From Haliotis rubra (Eukaryota): a stretch of 64,000 nt of DNA. Shown here one piece after another: positions 39,401 through 52,480 of this stretch. The DNA is taken from assembly GCF_003918875.1 (NCBI RefSeq), contig NW_025767290.1:868001-932000 (forward strand), in the 5' to 3' direction. The notes beneath the pieces were generated by a model, which did no database searches, was not told the origin of the DNA, and saw nothing but the letters and a program-made list of their open reading frames with translations. A program made the position numbers and the translations under genes. Position 1 is the first letter of the stretch; each line of letters starts with the position of its first letter.

Positions 39401-39531
39401 ATTTTTGTCGCCCAATTTACACCAAACGAATATGTATGGACGGGTCGGTGGGAGTGTTTCTGGCTCTTCCAAGTTTTCTAAAGTCCACATATCTATTCAG
39501 CCCGATTTGTATCATTTGTATGGACTTTTCA

Positions 39532-39570
<39 letters not shown>
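39532..39570. repeat. (TAG)n microsatellite
   Basis: about 13 units. Confidence 0.95.
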
Positions 39571-39578
39571 CTATGCGG

Positions 39579-39824
39579 ACACGTGAAGGTCCGGGATAGA
39601 ATGAGCCTTCAGTAACCCATGCTTGTCGTAAGAGGCAACTGACGGGATCGGGTGGTCAGGCTCGCTGACTTGGTTGACACATGCCATCAGTTCCCAATTG
39701 CGCAGATCGATGCTTATGCTGTTGATCACTAGATTTTCTGGTACAGACTCGATTATTTACAGACCGCCGCCAAATAGCTGGAATATTGCTGAGTGCGGCG
39801 TAAAACTCAACTCACTCACACTCA
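39579..39824 (+). mobile_element. SINE-like family A copy (full length)
   Basis: matches the family A consensus with (CTCA)n tail. Confidence 0.85.
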
Positions 39825-40324
39825 CCACACTGTAGCTACGCGAGTAGTATGCCGAGCGTCATCACAAGGAGAATCAACAGGTTGTGTGAACCGTTACAAG
39901 GATACAGGATCAAATACCTTGCAAGGACTCATATATGCTCAGTCGTGCCAGACACCAATATTGTCTCTGCCGTGTTACGTACATTACAGTGGATTGTATT
40001 ACAAAGGCACACGTTGTCTCCCTGGCATCTACCCAAGGCGGCTCAGCACCTTACTACCCCGCACCTGATAGCAGGACAATACATTGTGTGGCGGTGATTC
40101 CAAAGGAACAGCCAACCGTTATATTCATGGTCTAGAACATACAGCGGTGAAGCACACGTGCCTACCCATCCCATCACGCAAATCACTAATACGCAAAACA
40201 TTTATCCACCTTTTTGATAACATTTAAAAACGTGAAGCATGGGTACTTATTTACTTCGAAGGAACTTGTAATGTGAAGCAACACTACCCGAGTCCTGTTA
40301 TGTGAAGCAATAGCACCTATATAC

Positions 40325-40742
40325 TAGTGTTGGGAATTGGTTAAAATCTCATTATTGATGATTGGTTCATTACCACCAATCAATCATCGAAAATAATTGG
40401 TGAGCGTCATTTATGAAATTTGTTAATGCACAAAAAAATAAGGAAAAACCATGTAGTTATTTTTGGGGTGTTTTTGGCAAGTTTCACATCTTTAAAGGAT
40501 GACTAGTATGTCAGGAAGATAAATTTCTTGGTGTCTTTAAGATGAATTCAATCACGACTCCGAACAAGCTTGTAGTGCTTATGAAATGTAATAGATAAAA
40601 CCAACCTTGTGAAAAATATTGTTGATGAAAACAAGTGTTCAAGAATTGTTTGTGTTCGATTATGAGAAAACATGATCGATTGCTTGGTCGTTTAGTCACT
40701 GCGACAAATCTTCGATTATTTCAATTAATCGGACCACCACTA
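40325..40742. mobile_element. hAT-type MITE family H2 copy
   Basis: inverted homologue of 21143-21553. Confidence 0.8.
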
Positions 40743-41801
40743 ATATACTGCAACAGATCAACACCGCCATGTGAAGCAACGATACCTACATGAAAACAGA
40801 GTAATATCAGTTCATGAAGTAATAACAATATTTACACAACAGTGAAATTGATACGTGAAGTAATTATACCTACATTACAACGGATCAACTGCATGTCCAT
40901 GTTTAAGCTATGCGCAGCATGTATAGTGTAAAGTTTGTTTTATTGAACAATATAGTGAATAATACAATGACGAGGGAAATATTTGCACCTATCCTGACAT
41001 GTAGGTTGTATTTTTGCATGAAGCAATAGTATCTATACAGACATGAATATCGAGTATAATGGGCTTCACGCAGTTTAGGCGACTCGAACCCATATTCTGC
41101 GGCGTTACGAATGCTTTAACCACTAGGCTACCCCACCGCCCCGACATGACTAGATGAAGCAACAGCGTGTTTACTGTTATGACGAGCACGTTTGCAGTAC
41201 CGCAGCTGTAGTAGTACACGTAGACTAAGGCTTAGTCTCTGAATATATATAATTTTGATAGTAACAAACAAGCCCATTTATATTGAAAAGGAGCCCTATG
41301 GAGACCAGAGATTCAGAACCTGAGGAAATCTAGACTTGCTTTATTTAGGGCTTTAGCACTGCAGAGAGGGCTTGGCAGTAGGGAAATTAATGTGGTTCAG
41401 GGACTGTGAGACTATAGTACACGCTATTGTAGTGGTAGTAGCAGTGATAGTAGCAGCAGCAGCAATGGTCGTAGCAGCGGTGCTGGGATGGCAGTTCTAG
41501 TAGTGGTTTTGGTAGCAGTGAGAGGACCAGGAATAGTAGAGTAGCAGTAGTAGTAGCAGCAGAAGAAAAAGAATTTGTTTATAGAAGAAACCATTGTACG
41601 TACATTCTTACACAGCTCTGTCCCCATGAGATCCTCGACAGATATACAACAGTGTACGATTCGTTAAAAAAGTGTATTTTCTTACATATGAAATCACATT
41701 CCTTCAACAAGCACAAATAGACAAATTATACAATACTTCTCTGATAAAATATGAAAATGCAAAAATGTCACTGGATAAATATGATACAGAATTAATTCAT
41801 C

Positions 41802-42701
41802 TCACACTTCCTGTAAAGGTATCACGTTGAAACGTCCATTAGTGTTAATCTTTGGTATAGTTTTGGACACAACACCTTCCTCGGCTGCCTCGCTCTCTGG
41901 TGTGAAACTGTCGTTTGTTTCTACGTTTGTACTCTCCGACAAGGGCGACACTTCACTACTTGAATTACCCTTGTGATATCTCACCGAATTTAATTCCATG
42001 TCTATAGGGGAATTATTTGCACCTGCCTTTAAATCTGCTGATACACTCCCCTTGTCCGTTTCATAATTCAATACTGACCCAAATGACCTTAAACTTGATG
42101 GTGTCTGGCCAGGGGGGAAGGTCACTGACTCTTCTTCTTCTTCTTCCGTTTCCGGTATAGACTCCTGTCTCTCTATGGTGAAGGCTGATATACACCTGAC
42201 GAATTCTGGTCTTCTGTGACTAAAGGTTAATGGGACTCCCTCCATTGCATCCGGTGACCCTACAGAATGAACGTCAACACCACAGCGCTTCAGGGACAAC
42301 GTTAACGGGTTCATGTCTGGCGTCATCACCGGCGTTGACGCCGCCGTGGAAGATGGAGTGTATTTCCAAGCGCTCCCATGGATGGAGTTGATGAGGTTGT
42401 GAACCGCCGAGAGCTGCCGCTTCTTTTCAAGAAGATCCCGATGCTCCTGCAACCCTTTCACAAACATATCGGTATCTCTCTCAATTGAATAACTACGACG
42501 GCGTCTCACGTAGATACCGAGGACGCCGATCACCCCAATGCCATACACCAACACAACGGCAACGGTGAACTTCATAGCGCCCTGGTGGTCATACGCCTCT
42601 GTTGTTGGCCCGGAACAAGGGTACCCTGTCGTTGTCGGTGATCCACTGCCTGTCACAGGAACACTCATATTCCCTGGTATTGCCGTTGTGTTAACACCCA
42701 T
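41802..42701 (-). CDS. intronless single-pass membrane protein, 299 aa, KCNE-like TM region
   Basis: Strong start context ACGATGG; no signal peptide; sequons NTT and NMS; TM FTVAVVLVYGIGVIGVLGIYV followed by RRRR; long Ser/Thr/Glu-rich tail ending GRFNVIPLQEV; 900-nt open frame in non-repeat DNA. Confidence 0.8.
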   Translation of the reverse strand: MGVNTTAIPGNMSVPVTGSGSPTTTGYPCSGPTTEAYDHQGAMKFTVAVVLVYGIGVIGVLGIYVRRRRSYSIERDTDMFVKGLQEHRDLLEKKRQLSAVHNLINSIHGSAWKYTPSSTAASTPVMTPDMNPLTLSLKRCGVDVHSVGSPDAMEGVPLTFSHRRPEFVRCISAFTIERQESIPETEEEEEESVTFPPGQTPSSLRSFGSVLNYETDKGSVSADLKAGANNSPIDMELNSVRYHKGNSSSEVSPLSESTNVETNDSFTPESEAAEEGVVSKTIPKINTNGRFNVIPLQEV

Positions 42702-44958
42702 CGTTGATTCCAGCCTTTCTTTATATTCTCACATCCACACGAGCAGTCTATGAAACACCACTTACGCAAATGGAGTAAATATGCCTCTCCAGTGATTGTT
42801 CCTTCCTGCAGTCTACCACATTAGCATTAGTCATCATCCAACCCGATTACGCCAAGCTTATGGAGATCTTACGAGCTTTACGTCAGAGCACCGCACACAC
42901 ACCCTCTGATCGGACAGACTTGTCCTCGTGTAACCATTCACTCAACTATGGGACAAACAATTAACGATGTCACGTGGTTCGTGTCGGCCACAGCTGGTAT
43001 CCGAGGAGAATAAGTCAGTTATACAGATCTCTATCAATCCTCCGTGAGCGCTGACCGACAAAAGGTTCTACATGGTGTGTGCTTATACATGACCTGTGGG
43101 CTAATGCGGAGCCTGATCGTATTACAGTGTTATGTTTTACAATAGGTGTATACGTCACTTGTAGGTAATGTGTGTTAGGATTGGGCCATGAAGCATAACT
43201 ACAACGCTTGAGCTGTTATAAGCAATTATGAGCAATTACTCCCAGCTTTTTGTAAAAAAAAATAAAATGTTAATGCTTTTGTTGTAAACCGCAGGTCAAA
43301 AACACTGGATGTACACCAATATTTGATAGTGGCTAAAACATAAACACAAAAATGTTTTCCACCGCGATGTATTTGATATGGATATCACTGTTGAATTGTC
43401 AACCTTAACTCTACAGTGTATAGGTGACTGTTTCCACCTCCGTATCGTTTTTGGTAACGTTTGTGATATTACTGTCAATTCACATTTTAAAATGTGTTCG
43501 GTTTTCTCACAAAATTTTAAACTTTTATGTTACAGCAGCCGTCAATTTTTCAATTCGTTTCTCTGAATTTTCAATTCAACTTTCAATTTTCAATTCGTTC
43601 ATGGATCAGTAATGTTGTTCTTCCATGTGTCCATTACTATGTTGACCAGTAGGGGCTACACTCTTGTCTATAGCATGTCCATCAAGGGAACATCTGACCA
43701 GCACTTAACCAAGGGACCGTGATTCTAAAAAAGGCAACTTGTCCTTCACGTTTGAGCCCCGTTCCCCAAACAGACAGAGAACTGAGAACCGAGACTCCCA
43801 ACGCGTTTAACTAGACTTATCCCAAACGCAACTCTGGAGTTTTTTTGTCAATCGGACAAGAGGGAGGACAATATTGATGATCTTCTAATTATTTTCAGTC
43901 AGTGTCACAGGTAAAGATCACATGCTACAGATGACCATTCAACATTTAGAAACACAATGAGTATTGTACAAGTGTACAATATCTAAATACAACGTGGCTT
44001 AAAGCAATGGACTAAATGTTTCCTAGAAGATGACAGTGTTCACTATATGCCCTGAACCACACATATTAGGATATTATACCACATTGCTTTTAACACTTGC
44101 TCTGCTTAATATACAGTGCATTAGGGCCATGTATCCATTACACAGATAAGACAAATATGATAAAAACATATTCTTAATTAGGCTCATTAACATTCATTAT
44201 TCTTCAGACGAAAACATAAATATTTGTTCCTTTCTATATTTCCTGAGAAGTACGATGTAAACCTTTAGTTTAATATAGTCACCACAACCAAACTGTTATT
44301 TCGATATTATTTTTAAAAGAAATTCAATTCTATTTTCAACTACACTGCACATGTAAAATCCATAACAGTCGACCGTCTATCTCAAAGATAGTCTGTGTGA
44401 ATATATGATATAAGTCCCCTGCTAACTATTGTTTTGTACGAGGAGCTGGTACAAAATCAATTTCTAGTCGTCTCGTGTCTTGCACATATGGTGAATTATA
44501 AACATGCAGATGTGGTGTGGATAATAGTATTCTTTTTTCATTTCAAGAAGGTTTTATTTGCTGCTGTGAATCAATGAAATCTGTATGGTGTGCTCCGGTG
44601 CATAAAGACGCGAAAATAAGTTAACTGGTAAGTCAGATTGAAATATACTTTATCGATCGTTATTCGAGGACATGAGCATGTTAACAAAGAATGAAACAAA
44701 TGACACATTGACGCCTTACCCGAGATCGCAAAATGGATATGGTGCAATTTGGAGTTACCTCCCTTGAATCGCCTGCGACATTAGTTGTGTAATGTAACGG
44801 AGCTCTCTGTGTTCACAGCCTATCTGGTGTCAACACTTATTCAGTATTCCGTTTGAACTGAAACAAAGGATAATCGATACTGGCTTATCTCTGGCATTGA
44901 CGTTTTACATATGTTAGAAATCTTATTCTCCTCACAACTCTCTATATGGTCCTTGTGG

Positions 44959-45036
44959 GCGCCTCCGTGGTGTAGTGGTTAGAGTGTCCGCCCGGAGATA
45001 CACACGCATGCACGTCGTCATATGAACGAAATATTC
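44959..45036 (+). mobile_element. SINE family C fragment (head joined to tail, next to a gap)
   Basis: GCGCCTCCGTGGTGTAGTGGTTAGAG joined to CACACGCATGCACGTCGTCATATG. Confidence 0.65.
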
Positions 45037-45242
45037 NNNNNNNNNNNNNNNNNNNNNNNNNNNNNNNNNNNNNNNNNNNNNNNNNNNNNNNNNNNNNNNN
45101 NNNNNNNNNNNNNNNNNNNNNNNNNNNNNNNNNNNNNNNNNNNNNNNNNNNNNNNNNNNNNNNNNNNNNNNNNNNNNNNNNNNNNNNNNNNNNNNNNNNN
45201 NNNNNNNNNNNNNNNNNNNNNNNNNNNNNNNNNNNNNNNNNN
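45037..45242. other. assembly gap
   Basis: run of N. Confidence 1.
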
Positions 45243-46236
45243 CTTGTTTTTCATGGGAGTGCCAAGGCTCGGCTGTGCAGGAGAGACACTAATCGATAAT
45301 TAAATGACAAATAAAGTAGCTTCCTTGTACCAGTAATAATCTCGATGACAAGAGTAAACGTGGATAACGTGTAAGGACATCTACTTATACGGCTTTAAAC
45401 CCTACCGTTGCAATTGAACGAGATGTTGTGTCAGTCATAACGACTCGTGACATACTCTCGTGACAACGACGACAATAGCCACCTCAGATGCAGATTACAC
45501 TTATGCTTACAAGATATATATTGACTTGTTATCGATTCTTATACACACCTGGACAATTTGCACGAGACATCGGAGGAATGAGAGCAGCTGAATAATATGA
45601 GTTTTTTCGCTTACAAATATCCCAATTCCTGTTTTAAAATAAGGAATACTTAGGAAGTGATGAAATGTGACTTTTGATAACGAAAGTGTCAGTTTGTATG
45701 GTGCAAACCAGTGTTAATTATTCAGTCGCAATATAATCTGAAGTTGTTTGAATGAGTTTAGACGCTACCACCACAAAAAAACCTTTTTCAATGCATATTC
45801 CCTCTCCTTTCCTCAACTGCAACACCTTAACACATGCTCAAAGGACTATTTCCGTAACAGCGCCACCTATGTGTTTCCAAAACACATTTTTATGAACTTT
45901 CAATAAAAAAAAAAGTTCGAAAGTTCACTAAGCAATAAATTATTGTATGCAATGTAGTTCATTGCTAGATTCACACACTGTCCGAGCGTAGGAATACTTT
46001 CCGGATGCGCCAGGAACTATTTTGACTCTTGTTTTATCAACCTTTTTCAATAACAAAATGACAATAAATGTTTAATCAAGTATGTAACTAAAGAACAGTT
46101 TGCTCCGTTCAATATGTTATCAAATACCTTGACAATAAAGATATTTTTGGTCTTTGGACTTTTATATTGGTTATTTGGTGATGGCACAATCTGTCATGTT
46201 GCATTTGTTGGTGCAGTAAGATCACGATTTTGCAAT

Positions 46237-46344
46237 CCAGGGCCCCGTTCCTCAAAGCGATCGTAGCGCTACGACAGTCGTAAGTCTATGTTAAAGTATG
46301 GGAGTTACGATGCGATACGATCGTTGTGAGGAACGGGGCCCTGG
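46237..46344. mobile_element. short hairpin MITE (CCAGGGCCCC termini)
   Basis: CCAGGGCCCCGTTCCTCA...TGAGGAACGGGGCCCTGG inverted repeat; related to 16127, 52014 and relics near 10800, 29200 and 35270. Confidence 0.75.
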
Positions 46345-46544
46345 TATGCTATCTAGAATGTGATAGCATCCCGGCATTATTCATATCGGTCGTAGATTGT
46401 TCCGGTGTTACATGCCGACAAACATGGCACTTGTCACTTAAACCACACACAAATGATACCTTGTATCCACAGTCTCGATGTCGCAGGAACAGCTGCCAAC
46501 GATCATCATGTCGATCCGAAACACACAAAACGCCCTTGAACGTG

Positions 46545-46946
46545 GTTTTGTTTGTTTGTTGCTTAAAGCCGCACTCAGCAATATTCCAGCTGTAAATAAT
46601 CGAGTCTGGAACAGACAATCCAGTCATCGCAACTTGAGCATGGATTTACGCAACTGGGACACGATGATATGTCAACCAAGTCAGCTAAGCTGACCACCCG
46701 ATCCCGTTAGTCGCCCCTTTCGACAAGCATGCGTTGCTGAAGATCAATTCAAATACTGACTCACTGACTGAGTTTGGTTTTACGCCGCTTTTAACAATAT
46801 TCCAGCAACATCACGGCGGGGGACACCAGAAATGGGCTTCACACATTGTACCCATGTGGGGATTCGATCCCGGGTCTTTGGCGTGACGAGCCAACGCTTT
46901 AACCACTAGGCTACCCCACCGCCCCCTTATACTGATCTTTACGGGT
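46545..46946 (-). mobile_element. family A SINE-like copy interrupted near its 5' end by a family B SINE (about 46760-46926)
   Basis: family A sequence resumes (GATCTTTACGGGT) after the B copy; ATACTGA is duplicated at the junctions. Confidence 0.8.
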
Positions 46947-47389
46947 ACCTTGAGTGTGTTGTCAAATATTGGGAGGCGTCAGTTCATACCATCTGCAGAT
47001 GTGCATTAAAACATTTAAGCCACCAAGAACAATGTCTCAGCAACGTCTCATCTTTCACTTAAATAGACTGGTGCAGCCTATTTAATGCAACCCATTTAAA
47101 CCCATCACTATATTCTCCTAAGTTTCTTCCGGATCATTAGAAAACGTAAAGTGGTAACTGTCATCTGAGGGCAGTATATTCCGAAAAAAAAAGGATATAG
47201 GTATTTCTATTTGTATATATAAATTTATATGAGAGATAAGTTTTAAGATTTGCATGTTGCATTGTACCAGCGACGAGTCGTGCAATAATGTAGGCAGTTC
47301 ATTTCTGGAAACATTATTGTTATCATTTTACAAAATAAATATTTACTATTATACTAACATTCGTATAACGCCAATATCCAGCTCAGTTG

Positions 47390-48260
47390 CTCAAAGCGCT
47401 TAGTTTTTACCTCGATGAATGGATGTCTCAAACAGCACATCGAATTATCAATCTCAACTCCCTGAGGAACATACAACCCTTGCAGCCACTAGGCGCACCG
47501 AGTTAATGTGGATTTCCCCATCCTTACGAGGTATCCATTCACAGCATAGTCACAGTACTCTCTCCACGTGTACTGCACGTTGCTGTACCCGCAACTAAGT
47601 GTGTGCACATACTCCTGTGTCCACAATGAGATCATTTACAGCTTGTTCAGCTTGACCTGATCAAGTGGATACAAATGAATTGCATGACCAGTCACAACTG
47701 GTTTGGTCTATTATTGTGAAGGGGTGCACCTTTGTCAGTTGATTGTCAATATGTCCGAACAGCCAAGACAAGGTCGCCGTTTCACATCTCAGTGTCGAGA
47801 AATCGTCAGCAATATCCTAACTTTTTTTTAAAAATGAAGCTACAAACATATTGCAGTTGAACATGAAATAGAAAACGTGATAACTGAACTGGGTGTAGAG
47901 AGTGATAGCGAGACTGAATCGGATTGTGAAAGTAACTGACGTCTGTACGTTGTAAAGTTAGTAAACCAAACAAGATACCGTATGACTGCATAAACAATTT
48001 AATTAAAACATGAAATGATTGTTTTTTTAGAAGTGTTCTTTTCCGGGACAAGTTCTGTAACGAATCCATGTATGCATGCTTCGCACGAACGCAACATTAA
48101 TAGCCTTCTCTGCTCCTCTATTTAATGAAGTTAACTCGACCTGTCGTTTGTGCCATTTGACCTTCCGGGTCATGCATATGTAGAGTAGCTCAGGTCAAGC
48201 TGAACGCACTGTACCAACGGATTCCGGGGTTCTTTTAACTGCACAGGGTCGTGTACATAG
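47390..48260 (-). mobile_element. second copy of the composite SINE (323-854 family), split by a DNA-transposon insertion
   Basis: 47440-47636 and 48212-48256 align with contiguous sequence at 440-702. Confidence 0.78.
47639..48211. mobile_element. non-autonomous TIR element with TA target duplication (Tc1/mariner-type MITE)
   Basis: TA|CAGCTTGTTCAGCTTGACCTGA ... TCAGGTCAAGCTGAACGCACTG|TA, inserted at a TA within the SINE. Confidence 0.8.
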
Positions 48261-48464
48261 TTCAAATAGTGAGTCGGTCAATGAAAGATTTGAGTATCGG
48301 GGGCGGGTTTAAACGTATTATTATGGTAAGAATCTCACTTTCGCAATGATAATGTTCCTTAGTTTGCTGGCATCTTGGTTTCACTACAGTTTTAAAAGAA
48401 CATCATTTCGACCGCTCTGAAGCATTTTTGCAATCAACGGTCATGTAAGCAGTATGACAGCTGT

Positions 48465-48622
48465 NNNNNNNNNNNNNNNNNNNNNNNNNNNNNNNNNNNN
48501 NNNNNNNNNNNNNNNNNNNNNNNNNNNNNNNNNNNNNNNNNNNNNNNNNNNNNNNNNNNNNNNNNNNNNNNNNNNNNNNNNNNNNNNNNNNNNNNNNNNN
48601 NNNNNNNNNNNNNNNNNNNNNN
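48465..48622. other. assembly gap
   Basis: run of N. Confidence 1.
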
Positions 48623-48977
48623 AACTACCTTCACACATCAAAGAGCCCCCATGGCGTGTTATCTTTGGTTTTCGCACTGCATTAGGTAGACTGAAATACT
48701 TTCCAAGATGGCGTTGATCTAAATTCAGAATACTGCGTAATAATTTGAGACTCTCTTTCCCGTTGCCCTTTTATTTTGCTTGCTTTCCGTTCTCCAACCT
48801 TATGGTCGGTGCAAGAAGTGAAAGGTTGTGTGTTCCATTAAGGTTTTTCTGCAAGAGAACCACTAGGTTTCATAACTTACTTTGATTTGAATGACAGCCT
48901 TCATGTCCACATAGTTGTTTAGTAACATTTAACGTAAGGCGACGACAGAAGACCACAACAATCATAGAAACGAGGGA

Positions 48978-49146
48978 GGGCGGTGGGGTAGTCTAGTGAT
49001 TAAAGCGTTGGCTCGTCACGCCGAAGACCCGGGTTCGAATCCCCACATGAGTACAATGAGTGAAGCCCATTTCTAGTGTCCCCCGCCTTGATATTGCTGG
49101 AATATTGCTAAAAGCGGCGTAAAACCAAACTCAGTCAGTCAGTCAG
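48978..49146 (+). mobile_element. SINE family B copy
   Basis: TSD TAGAAACGAGGGA. Confidence 0.88.
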
Positions 49147-51456
49147 TAGAAACGAGGGATAGTGCACGAAGCGTGCATAAAATCTCCGTATATGCAAAAC
49201 GCCAATCTGTTCATTTCAAACGTCCCATTCTGCAGCCACGTTGCCAATGACAAGCGACGCCGCTAAAACGATTAAAAAGGCTTTATATGTTCGTATAATC
49301 ATTATTCGTGGTGGTCAGATCAAATATGGTTTCCCCTACTGCAATTAATATCACGAACGCCTCAATTATTGAGAGCTATAAGTACTTGCTGCACATTGCA
49401 AGTACCTAAAAGGATTTAGCTGAATTATAGATTGGTCCATTGTAACTTGTGTACTTACTCGAGCGAGGAGCCTTGATGGGTTCTGTTGAAACACTGTCGA
49501 CAATTCTGATCACAGAAGCGCGGATATTATTACTGCAGCAACTCACACTATAGTGTCAATTTAGGAGGCCTTTTCAATCTTTTATGGGTTTATCGGAGGA
49601 TAACAATCACAAATTCTATGCCATCGTGTAGCGAATGTTGATGGAGTTGCGCCTTGACGCAAGGTCAACACTTTTCGGGAAGTAGTTCAGATTATTAAGT
49701 CTTTCAGCTTTCAAGTTTGATTGACGTCAGTCTGATCATTTCAAAATTGTACACTAGTAACCCATTTTATATACTTGTGTACTGGAACAATTTCGTTCTC
49801 TGTCACACTGGCAGAGACTCCGGAGACAACAGATCCAAGAATCTGTTCTTTGAGGACGTAAGAATCCCTTCCATTGGCGTGGGTGGATGCAATTCGAGGT
49901 TTGCAAGCCCTGTTTCCACTGAACCATTGTGCACCATTCTCTCACTCAGTACAATAAAATTTGGCGTCTGGAATGTTTCATTTATTTAATAGCATTTACA
50001 AACCTGCAAACGTCGGTGTAACATGCTTATAAAATTATGGTATCTTTATATATCATCCCATGACCTTTAAATACCAGACACTAAAGCATCTAACCAGATT
50101 CCTATGATTCCTTGTCCCTGGGTTCTTCGAAGGTTACAAAATGGAAAAGTGCATTGCCTCCTAAAATCAAATCCTGAATATTTCACTCCTGACTGAATAG
50201 AAATTTAAAGAAAGCACATTATACGAACAGTGGAAAAATTGATTAATTCAAGAACGAAATTAAATTACTCAACGCTTAACATTGAGATATTCAATGCGGC
50301 ACTGATGAGAATTATTCACATCACTAGGGTTCTATAAATATTCAACCTGACAAGCATTCTGTAATCATTCGTTAATCGAAGCAAGGTGTCCCAGGTCACT
50401 GTACCTTTTTCTGACAAATTACTTTGAACACGTGTGCAGCGTCACTGCACACGAGGGCACGGATGTGCAATGGCATTCCGTTGACCCTTGTGGAAAAAGA
50501 TCTTTAAAAACAAAACGGTAATATCCGATCATTCCTTTTTTCTAACAAATCTGAGATCCTGTCCTAACAGGTGGGGCATCAAGAACGGATAAACACATTG
50601 TACAGTTATACATGAGGAATACTTGCTTCTTGAATACACAATGCCATTTAGAAAGTGGTCAAATGTTACACATGAAATATTTGGGATTACACTTTCTCAG
50701 CAATGTACAGATTAGCTGCCTGACTTTGAGAGTGCGGGTTCGAATCCCGAATGGAGCTCCACCCAACAAAAATACTACACTCTGTACTTTACTGAGAAAG
50801 TGTAATCCCAAATATTTCATGTGTTAAACTTGTTTGATGTTGCCGAAGGTAATATGTGATCGGTGAGTCGAATGTTTTGGGTATGTTGCCGGTTAGAATT
50901 GTTAAAGGGTTTAATAAACTACTATACCTTTAAAGAAAGTATACAACTATCTGATACGAGGCATAAACGTGAAACCAACAAATATGATTCTGCGATGGTA
51001 ATGTTGTTACTTGGAAATATTTTTTTCATTTAATTTGAAATTTAACAAAATCGATTATTTTAAGATTCTGTAAAGATTCTGGAATTTTTTTATACATAAA
51101 GGGGTACGCGCATGTCATCTCACATTTCATCAAGACCACAATCTATTAAGATCGATATTTCCATCCTTGCCTGTTTCACTTGCATAATCACCGTAGACGA
51201 ACATATTTATTATTCACAGTGTGGTCATTACCTCTGACATTTTGTAACATAACACCATTGTGATTGCACCGCCATTGTAATTATTTTGCAGCAAATTTTA
51301 AAGATTTGTTAACCATGTCACATCTTTGGTTGCACACGAAATACTCTTTAACTTCTGGTTCTCAATATAGACATCGACTCTTGAGAGTTTATATTAGATT
51401 CAGCGATGGCAGCATAATACCGTTATGCAAACGGTGTCAGTATTTCTTGAATTTTG

Positions 51457-52480
51457 CTACGGATCACCATTCTGAATGTAAATACGTACAAGTTCCATCT
51501 CCACCTGTTGATATAGCCAAAAACAACATTTCACGAAGAAATATTCAATGTAAATAAGTGTCTGCGTGGTTGCCAAGGGAAGATTGTTCCATTCTTCAGT
51601 AAGAGCATTGTCGAGTTCCTTCAGATTTGCTGGAATGACGGGGCGTCGTGAGAGGGCTATCTGCACAGTTGATGTCTGGTGATTGGGCTGGTCACTCCAT
51701 GCGGTCAATGATATCCTGCTAAGTAAGCATCAACTACCCAGCTATGTTACTTGAGGATGGCGGCCGGCCAAACACAATGTGCTCCCAATAACAAACACTT
51801 GTAGTCGTACCCTGCTACAGGACATGGATATAGGTTCTCCCCGCTTAACTGATTCCACCTGAAATTATCATTTGCACCCCCTCCATAGGGGTAATATTCG
51901 TCTATGTTGGAAAACTAACATTCTTCTCCTCCACTTCGCAATGGCCACCTTGGGACATGACGATCTGTGAAGTCTAGACAGGATATCGATTCCTCAGTGA
52001 ATAGACCTAGAGTTCCGGGCCTCCTTTCACAAAGCACTAAGGTGATTGTAAGTCACTAAGGTAACCTTAGAGCAATGTTAAAGAATGGGAGTTAAGGTTA
52101 ACCTTAGTAAAGGTTGCTTCGTGAAAGGAGACCCAGTTCTGTTACGTCCAACTGATGTGGTTTCGATGACAGGAGACCAGCCTCAACGACAGCAGTACTA
52201 TCTGAATAGAGACATTTCTCAGGTCATTTCTGAGTGTCGTGGCAGTCACGAACGATGACGTCTTCCTGCGTTCCGGATAAACCTAATCTTCCCATTATAT
52301 GGTGGAACGCTATCGACCACCTGCATGTGGTAGCTGATCAAGACGTCGGGTATCAGTTCAATACCCTACACGTTGGCGGACTGTTGGTCCAGCTTGAAGC
52401 ATGCCTACGCAGCTGCTTAATTACTTGTATTCGATCGTCCAACGACCTATTGACGCAGATGGGACTTAAGTACTTTCGGT
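51457..52480 (-). mobile_element. highly decayed Tc1 transposase relic, with a hairpin MITE at about 52014-52135
   Basis: AVGMLQAG (N-terminal HTH) near 52400 and PANLKELDNALTEEWNNLP...TLI (C-terminal) near 51600. Confidence 0.6.

Noticed and set aside
41802-41813. C-terminal QEV as a PDZ ligand
   Set aside because: Position -2 is Gln, which does not fit the canonical PDZ classes.
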